This document shows, piece after piece, positions 58,571-64,000 of a DNA stretch of 64,000 nucleotides. Within the stretch, counting starts at the first letter, position 1; the number at the start of each line of letters is the position of its first letter. The translations under genes and the position numbers were made by a program. The DNA comes from Chloroflexota bacterium (GTDB lineage Bacteria > Chloroflexota > UBA11872). The notes beneath the pieces were generated by a model, which worked only from the letters and a program-made list of their open reading frames with translations, was not told the DNA's origin and made no database searches. The stretch is taken from the NCBI GenBank assembly GCA_011523785.1, contig WTFW01000120.1, forward strand, positions 12,114 through 76,113, read 5' to 3'.

Positions 58571-59575
58571 CTAGACCCGTCCAGCCGCCTGGTACGCGTC
58601 ATCAATCAGTTGCACCGCGTTCGCGCAGTCCCGCGGCGTGATGGCCGGAGGATCCCCGCGACCCACCCGCTGCAGGCAGTCCCTGACGAAGTTCGGATAC
58701 GAGGAGACAACGGTCACCGGCGTTGCGATGTGCTCGTTTCGTCCCGGACCCAGGATCTGTAGTCCATCGGCTACCGCGCTCAGCATGGCGTTGGCGCCTG
58801 CCACCTTCATCTCGGAGTCGGATTCGTTCGCGGGCCACGTGGGCATCGTGTAGCCCACCTCCACGTGAACCAGCGTGCCGCTGCTGCTGCGCAGCGTCGC
58901 CAGCGCGTAGTCCTCGACCTCCGATGCATGCACGATGTTGCTGATGACCGCCGAGGCCACCTGCACGTCCTCGCCCAACAGGAACCGAGACATGTCCATC
59001 CCGTGGCCGCCCAGGTTGGTCAGCGCGCCTCCGCCCGCCTGCGAGCGGTCCAGCATCCACGGCGAGTCCCATTCGACATAGCGCTGCATGGTCGGCCGGA
59101 TGATTCGAAACACGATGTGCGATATCGGCCCGAACTCGTCCGCCGCAATCATCGTCCGCGCCTTCTCCGCCCACGGCGACTGCCGGTTGGGAAACGGCAC
59201 CGAGACCCAGGCGCCGCGCGCCTCCGCCAGGTCCGCCAGGCCGCTCACGACGCCGGCGCTGGTACCCATGGGCTTTTCCATCATGAATGGAATGCCGGCC
59301 TCGATCAGGTGCCCCGCGATCTCCGGCATCTCCACGTGCCGTCCAAGGGCGATCACGAACTCCGGCTTCGTCGCGTCAACCATCTCGCGATAGTCGGTAA
59401 ACGCCGTTGTCTCGTACCGGCGCGCCCGGTCCTCCGCGATCGCGGCGTCGCTGTCCGATACCCCGACCAACTCGACATCCAGGTCCAGGTTCTGCAGAAC
59501 CGTCAAATAGGCGGCGTCGTAGGTGGAATGCCAGTGGTTGACTTCAATAACGGCGATTCGGCGCGGGGTGCTCAT
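58571..59575 (-). CDS. Gfo/Idh/MocA family oxidoreductase
   Basis: MMEKPMG, GGGALTNLGGHGMD. Confidence 0.88.
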   Translation of the reverse strand: MSTPRRIAVIEVNHWHSTYDAAYLTVLQNLDLDVELVGVSDSDAAIAEDRARRYETTAFTDYREMVDATKPEFVIALGRHVEMPEIAGHLIEAGIPFMMEKPMGTSAGVVSGLADLAEARGAWVSVPFPNRQSPWAEKARTMIAADEFGPISHIVFRIIRPTMQRYVEWDSPWMLDRSQAGGGALTNLGGHGMDMSRFLLGEDVQVASAVISNIVHASEVEDYALATLRSSSGTLVHVEVGYTMPTWPANESDSEMKVAGANAMLSAVADGLQILGPGRNEHIATPVTVVSSYPNFVRDCLQRVGRGDPPAITPRDCANAVQLIDDAYQAAGRV

Positions 59576-59665
59576 GGGCGACGACTCCAGGGTCCGGCGG
59601 CGCGACGGTAGCACGAGCCGCCGCAGTAAGCTCTAGGCAGCGAATCCGCCGTACCAGGTGACACC

Positions 59666-60196
59666 ATGAGCGCGGAAGATAAGGAACCAACGGGCTGGGG
59701 AAGTCGCCTTGACGGCCTGATTAAGCGTGTGGGCGACGAGGTCGGCGGCGAACGCGGCGAGAAGGTCCGCACCCGCCTGACCGAAGCGAAATCGCGCGTC
59801 GAGGCCGGCCTTGAAAGTGACGAGGCCCGCCGCATTCGCGGTGAGATGGTCACGCTCGCCGACAAAGCCCTGGAGCGGGTGGACGACGCACTCAGGCACG
59901 AACGCACCCAGACCGTCGTCAAGCGCGTCGACGCCACCCTCACCGAAATCGGCGACCGGCTCCGCGGCGAAGATCCCGAGCCCCCAAGGAGCGCACCGCC
60001 CCCCGAAGCGCCTGCGGACGCCGCTGGTTCCGAGGAGACAGCCCCACCGACCGAGTCAACCGCCGCGCCGCCTGATGCAGCCCCGGCGCAAGCCGACGAT
60101 GCAACTGCCGTCCGCGACGCGTCCTCAGTCGCCGGCGACGTGTCCCCCACGATCTCTACAGACGGCGAGGACCAACCACCGACGAAACGCGCCTGA
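59666..60196 (+). CDS. Hypothetical protein (helical N-terminus, acidic Pro/Ala tail)
   Basis: ATG with AGGTG RBS; fills gap between genes. Confidence 0.6.
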   Translation: MSAEDKEPTGWGSRLDGLIKRVGDEVGGERGEKVRTRLTEAKSRVEAGLESDEARRIRGEMVTLADKALERVDDALRHERTQTVVKRVDATLTEIGDRLRGEDPEPPRSAPPPEAPADAAGSEETAPPTESTAAPPDAAPAQADDATAVRDASSVAGDVSPTISTDGEDQPPTKRA

Positions 60197-60216
60197 CACC
60201 GGCCGGCGAGGGGCGG

Positions 60217-61410
60217 CTAGCTGCGCCCGTGCACCAGCAACCGCGCCAGGCTCCGCCAGGACAGCGCCGTCCCCTCGCCCACCAGCAGTTCAATGCCTTC
60301 CCGCACAAACTCCGGCCTTCGCCGCGCCGCGCGCACGCCGAAGTCAGCGATCCAGGCCCGCTGCGCCAGCCGTTTGGCGCGTGCCGAGGCCCGAAAGTGC
60401 TCACCGAACCGCTGCCGGAACCAGCCGTCGTACCCCTCGAACGGCCGCCCGCCGGATCTCGACCGTAACGCCCGAACCGCGCGCGTCGCCGCCTCCATTC
60501 CCGCAGCCATTCCGTAGGCGATCCCCTCGCCCGAGAACGGATTGATCATCGACCCCGCATCGCCAATCAGCGCCACCCGGCCATGCTCCAGCGGCGGCAC
60601 GTAGCTGGCGAACGGCAACATGTACGCCCGCGACCGCTGCGGCTGCAGGGCCTCGTAGCCGCTGGATTGGAGAAAGTCGCGCAGCAGCTCCGGCAGGCTC
60701 CGCCCATGCTGTCGGAAGCGGCCGGCGTCGATCATCACCCCTACATTGGCGCCCCGCTCGTCGATCGGGAAAACCCAGCCGTACGCCGGCAGCAGTTCGC
60801 GCTTGAAGTAGAACGCCATGTGCTCGAACCCGCCGGGCCGCTCCACGTAGGCCCGAATCGCCACGCCCGTGTGCGCCGAGTCGTTGTAAGCCACGCCCAG
60901 CAGGCGCCGCACATCCGAGCGCGCCCCATCGGCGGCGATAACGGCCCGTGCCTCAAGGGATACCGATCCGTCAGCACCGCTCGACGTGACGCGAACCGGC
61001 CCCTCAGCGGGAGTCGCCAATCCCTCGAGCCGGCTTTCGGTCAGCACCTCGGCGCCCACATCGCGGGCGTGGGTCAGAAGGTCACGGTCGAATTCCGACC
61101 TCGGCACCACGTAGCCCCGCGCGCTCGTGCCGATGGCCGGCAGGTCGCCCACGACCTCGGCGCCCGACGGCGCAACGATCTTCAGCCGCTCGACCGGACG
61201 GCGCCCCCGAACGATCTCGCTGGCGTCCAGGTCCGCCAGTCGCGCCACCACGCCCGGTCCCAGGCCGTCGCCGCAAGCCTTGTCCCTGGGAAACTTCTGG
61301 CGGTCCAGGACCACCGTGCTAAGTTCCGGCGCTGCCCGTCGGGCGGCAATCGCGGCGGCCGCACCCGCCGGACCACCTCCAACCACCACCAGGTCGCACG
61401 CTCGGGTCAT
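60217..61410 (-). CDS. Geranylgeranyl reductase family FAD-dependent oxidoreductase
   Basis: VGGGPAG, FPRDKACGDG, AADG, YGWVFP, GDAG...NPFSGEGI. Confidence 0.88.
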   Translation of the reverse strand: MTRACDLVVVGGGPAGAAAAIAARRAAPELSTVVLDRQKFPRDKACGDGLGPGVVARLADLDASEIVRGRRPVERLKIVAPSGAEVVGDLPAIGTSARGYVVPRSEFDRDLLTHARDVGAEVLTESRLEGLATPAEGPVRVTSSGADGSVSLEARAVIAADGARSDVRRLLGVAYNDSAHTGVAIRAYVERPGGFEHMAFYFKRELLPAYGWVFPIDERGANVGVMIDAGRFRQHGRSLPELLRDFLQSSGYEALQPQRSRAYMLPFASYVPPLEHGRVALIGDAGSMINPFSGEGIAYGMAAGMEAATRAVRALRSRSGGRPFEGYDGWFRQRFGEHFRASARAKRLAQRAWIADFGVRAARRRPEFVREGIELLVGEGTALSWRSLARLLVHGRS

Positions 61411-61503
61411 CACGCGTGTCGCTCCGCCGCGGCTGGGCGCCGCGAAGTATAGGGAGGCTCCCGCCCTAAACTGGCGCCGCGCCGCCTGCGCTGGGATTCC
61501 GTC

Positions 61504-63015
61504 GTGGCGAATGAGCCTTCGGTCAGCCGGTCGCCCCTGGTACTGAGCATCGACGTCGGCAGTTCCTCGGTCCGCGCCGCCGCCCACACCGCCGATGGCT
61601 CACCGATCCCCGGCAGCGAGGCGCAAATCGCCTCCGGCTTCGACACCACGCCCGACGGCGGCGTCCAGGTCGACGCGGACATCCTGTTCGACCGCCTGGT
61701 GCAGGCCATTGACGTCGCCCTCCAGCGCCTCGGCCCTCAGGTCACCACCATCCAGAGCGTGGGTGCCAGTGTCTTTGCGTCCAGCGTGCTCGGCGTGTCG
61801 GCCGCCGGCGAGCCGCGAACGCCCATTTATACGTACGCCGACACCCGCTGCGCCGCCGACGCCTCAGTACTCCGCCAGGAGTGGGACGTGGCCGCCTCCT
61901 ACGACCGCACCGGCACGCCCATTCACGCCAGCTACGTGCCGGCCCGCCTGCGCTGGCTTCGCCGCACCCAGCCGCACGTGGTCCGCCAGGTCGCCCGCTG
62001 GATCACCTTCGCCGAATACGCCTTCCAGCGCCTGTTCGGACGACCCTGCGGCCTCGGGCTAAGCCTCGCTGCCTGGTCCGGCATGTTGAACCGTCGTGAG
62101 CTCGATTGGGACCTCGCCACTCTTGGCGCGCTCCACGTCGATCCCGGCTCACTCGGCGCCATTGACCCGGCCGGCGAGCCGTTGCGGGGCCTTGCCGAAC
62201 CCTGGCGCCAACGCTGGCCCGCCCTGGTCGACGTGCCCTGGTTCCCCGCGTTGGGCGATGGCCTGTGCAGCAACCTCGGAACCGCCCCTGGTGAGGCCGA
62301 CGCCATCGTCTTCAACATCGGCACCAGCGCCGCCGTTCGCGCGCTTGTTTCCGGCCCGGTGCGCTCGGTTCCCGCCGGCCTCTGGGAGTACCGTGTCGAC
62401 CGTTCGCGATCGCTGCTGGGCGGCGCCGAGAGCAATGGCGGGATCGTCGTCGCCTGGTTGCGCGAGCTCCTGAGCGGCGTCCGTGGCGACGACCCCGATG
62501 ACGTGGTCGCCCCCCTGCCGCCGGACGGCCACGGCCTCACCGTGCTGCCCTTCCTGGCCGGCGAGCGCAGCCCCGGCTGGGATGACTCCGCGCGCGCCAC
62601 CATCCACGGCGCGCGCCTGAATACCCGGCCCGCCGACCTGCTGCTGGCAGGCATCGAAGCCGTGGCGTACCGCCTGGCGGCCATCTACGACCTGCTCGTC
62701 CCCGTCATCGGCGAACCCCACGTCGTCCACGTTTCAGGCGGCGCGCTCCAGCGATCCGACCGCTGGACCCAGATCCTTGCGGATGTCCTCGGCCGTCCCG
62801 TCATCCGCTCCGCCGTTGCCGAACCCACCAGCCGCGGAGCCGCGATCTGGGCACTGCAGTCCCTCGGTCATCCCTTCCCGGCTAACGAGATACACGAAGG
62901 CGATCAGCCATTCGAACCGAACCTCGACCACCACGCCCTGTACCAGGAGGCCCGCGCCCGTCAGCGTCGGCTCTACCAGCGCATGGCCGGGATAGGTGGC
63001 CTTGAGGCCCGTTGA
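61504..63015 (+). CDS. gntK: Gluconokinase (FGGY family)
   Basis: SIDVGSSSVRA, YTYADTR, RTGTPIH, GDGLCSNLG, IGTSAAVR, LPFLAGERSPGW. Confidence 0.82.
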   Translation: MANEPSVSRSPLVLSIDVGSSSVRAAAHTADGSPIPGSEAQIASGFDTTPDGGVQVDADILFDRLVQAIDVALQRLGPQVTTIQSVGASVFASSVLGVSAAGEPRTPIYTYADTRCAADASVLRQEWDVAASYDRTGTPIHASYVPARLRWLRRTQPHVVRQVARWITFAEYAFQRLFGRPCGLGLSLAAWSGMLNRRELDWDLATLGALHVDPGSLGAIDPAGEPLRGLAEPWRQRWPALVDVPWFPALGDGLCSNLGTAPGEADAIVFNIGTSAAVRALVSGPVRSVPAGLWEYRVDRSRSLLGGAESNGGIVVAWLRELLSGVRGDDPDDVVAPLPPDGHGLTVLPFLAGERSPGWDDSARATIHGARLNTRPADLLLAGIEAVAYRLAAIYDLLVPVIGEPHVVHVSGGALQRSDRWTQILADVLGRPVIRSAVAEPTSRGAAIWALQSLGHPFPANEIHEGDQPFEPNLDHHALYQEARARQRRLYQRMAGIGGLEAR

Positions 63016-63090
63016 GTACCGGCCGGACGTGCAAACGATGCCCCGGTCGCGGAAACTGCCCCCGGGCACGGCCATTCCCCGGAGACACCC

Positions 63091-63552
63091 ATGAACGTCG
63101 CCATCGGCGTGGACCACCGCGGCTTTGCAATCAAGTCCGATCTCGTCTCGATCCTGCGCGCCGCCGGCTGCGACGTCATCGACTTCGGCGCCCACTCCGA
63201 TGAGTCCGTGGACTACCCCGACTATGCCGCTGCCGTCGCCGGGGCCGTCGCCTCCGGCCGGGCCGACCGCGGCATCATTGTCTGCGGCAGCGGTGTCGGC
63301 GCCTGCGTTGCCGCCAACAAGATCGCCGGCGCCCGCGCCGGCATGTGCCACGACACCTACTCCGCCCGCCAGGGCGTCGAGCACGACGACATGAACATCC
63401 TCTGCCTCGGCTCCGGCATCGTCGGACTCTCGCTGATCGAGGAACTCGTCGACGCCTTCCTCGGCGCCAAGTTTGCTGACGACGAAGCGCGCTACGTCCG
63501 CCGCCTCCGCAAAGTCCAGGCCCTCGAACGCGGCGAACGCCTCAACTCTTGA
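63091..63552 (+). CDS. rpiB: Ribose-5-phosphate isomerase B
   Basis: DHRG, VDYPD, CGSGVG, ANK, HDDMN. Confidence 0.93.
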   Translation: MNVAIGVDHRGFAIKSDLVSILRAAGCDVIDFGAHSDESVDYPDYAAAVAGAVASGRADRGIIVCGSGVGACVAANKIAGARAGMCHDTYSARQGVEHDDMNILCLGSGIVGLSLIEELVDAFLGAKFADDEARYVRRLRKVQALERGERLNS

Positions 63553-63774
63553 CCGGAGACGCCGAGGTGCCTGAATGCCTCGCATTCGGATACACAGCCA
63601 GGACTTCATCCAGGTTGTAGCCCCGCGTTAATCCCCAGTTGAACACCTCGGCCCTTCAGCAAAGGCCGCTTGCGGCGCCGTTGGTACGATTGCCGTAGCA
63701 GACGTACTCGTGTAAGCCACCGCTTGCACGATCGACCTCGGCCGATCACCGTCGCTCCGGCCCTGGAGGATTCG

Positions 63775-64000
63775 ATGTCGCAAACCCCGCTGCACGAACT
63801 GCATGCGCATGGTCAAAGCGTCTGGCTGGACTTCCTCAGCCGGGACCTGGTCGACTCGGGAGAACTCGCCCGCCTGGTCGCTGAGGAAGGCGTCCGCGGC
63901 ATGACCTCCAACCCCACGATCTTCCAGGAGGCCATCAAGGGCAGCGAGACCTACGACGAGGACATCCGCCGTCTCGGCGCCCAGGGCCTCTCGCCCGAGG
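63775..64000 (+). CDS. tal: Transaldolase (5' part, runs off the window)
   Basis: Hand translation MSQTPLHELHAHGQSVWLDFLSR...GVRGMTSNPTIF; GGAGGA RBS. Confidence 0.88.
   Translation, partial: MSQTPLHELHAHGQSVWLDFLSRDLVDSGELARLVAEEGVRGMTSNPTIFQEAIKGSETYDEDIRRLGAQGLSPE

Noticed and set aside
63545-63745. Protein-like minus frame with an internal TGA after Cys (GLC*RAEVFNWG), possible selenoprotein
   Set aside because: No start codon after the upstream stop and no evident SECIS; at most an eroded fragment

Overview
GC-rich bacterial chromosomal segment, probably Chloroflexota (inferred from a Chloroflexi-type surface domain on a TolB-like protein and from gene content). It is mostly housekeeping and metabolic: ppdK, dnaG, trxA, mobA, gdhA, gatCAB, folK/folC, dcd, glpK, gntK-rpiB-tal. 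There is a large envelope-glycan cluster at about 23-43 kb (TagA, GT9, O-antigen-ligase-like, three GT4, divergent PlsY, two GT87). Small accessory cassettes include an AT-richer FRG-domain gene, a membrane-anchored trypsin protease with 14 RCC1-like repeats, and a DUF2335 pair. No rRNA, tRNA, CRISPR array, transposase or integrase was recognised. The most notable observations are: (1) a near-consensus sigma70 promoter driving a roughly 275-nt gdhA leader that holds a leaderless 46-aa Pro/Arg-rich uORF, whose stop sits in the loop of a perfect 22-bp hairpin; (2) three genes whose conserved N-termini cannot begin at ATG/GTG/TTG (two CTG starts, plus an RmlC-like gene in frame behind the mobA stop); (3) a Gfo/Idh/MocA-NIL fusion; (4) a PlsY homolog lacking the catalytic His. 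All product calls come from motif recognition, not database searches.
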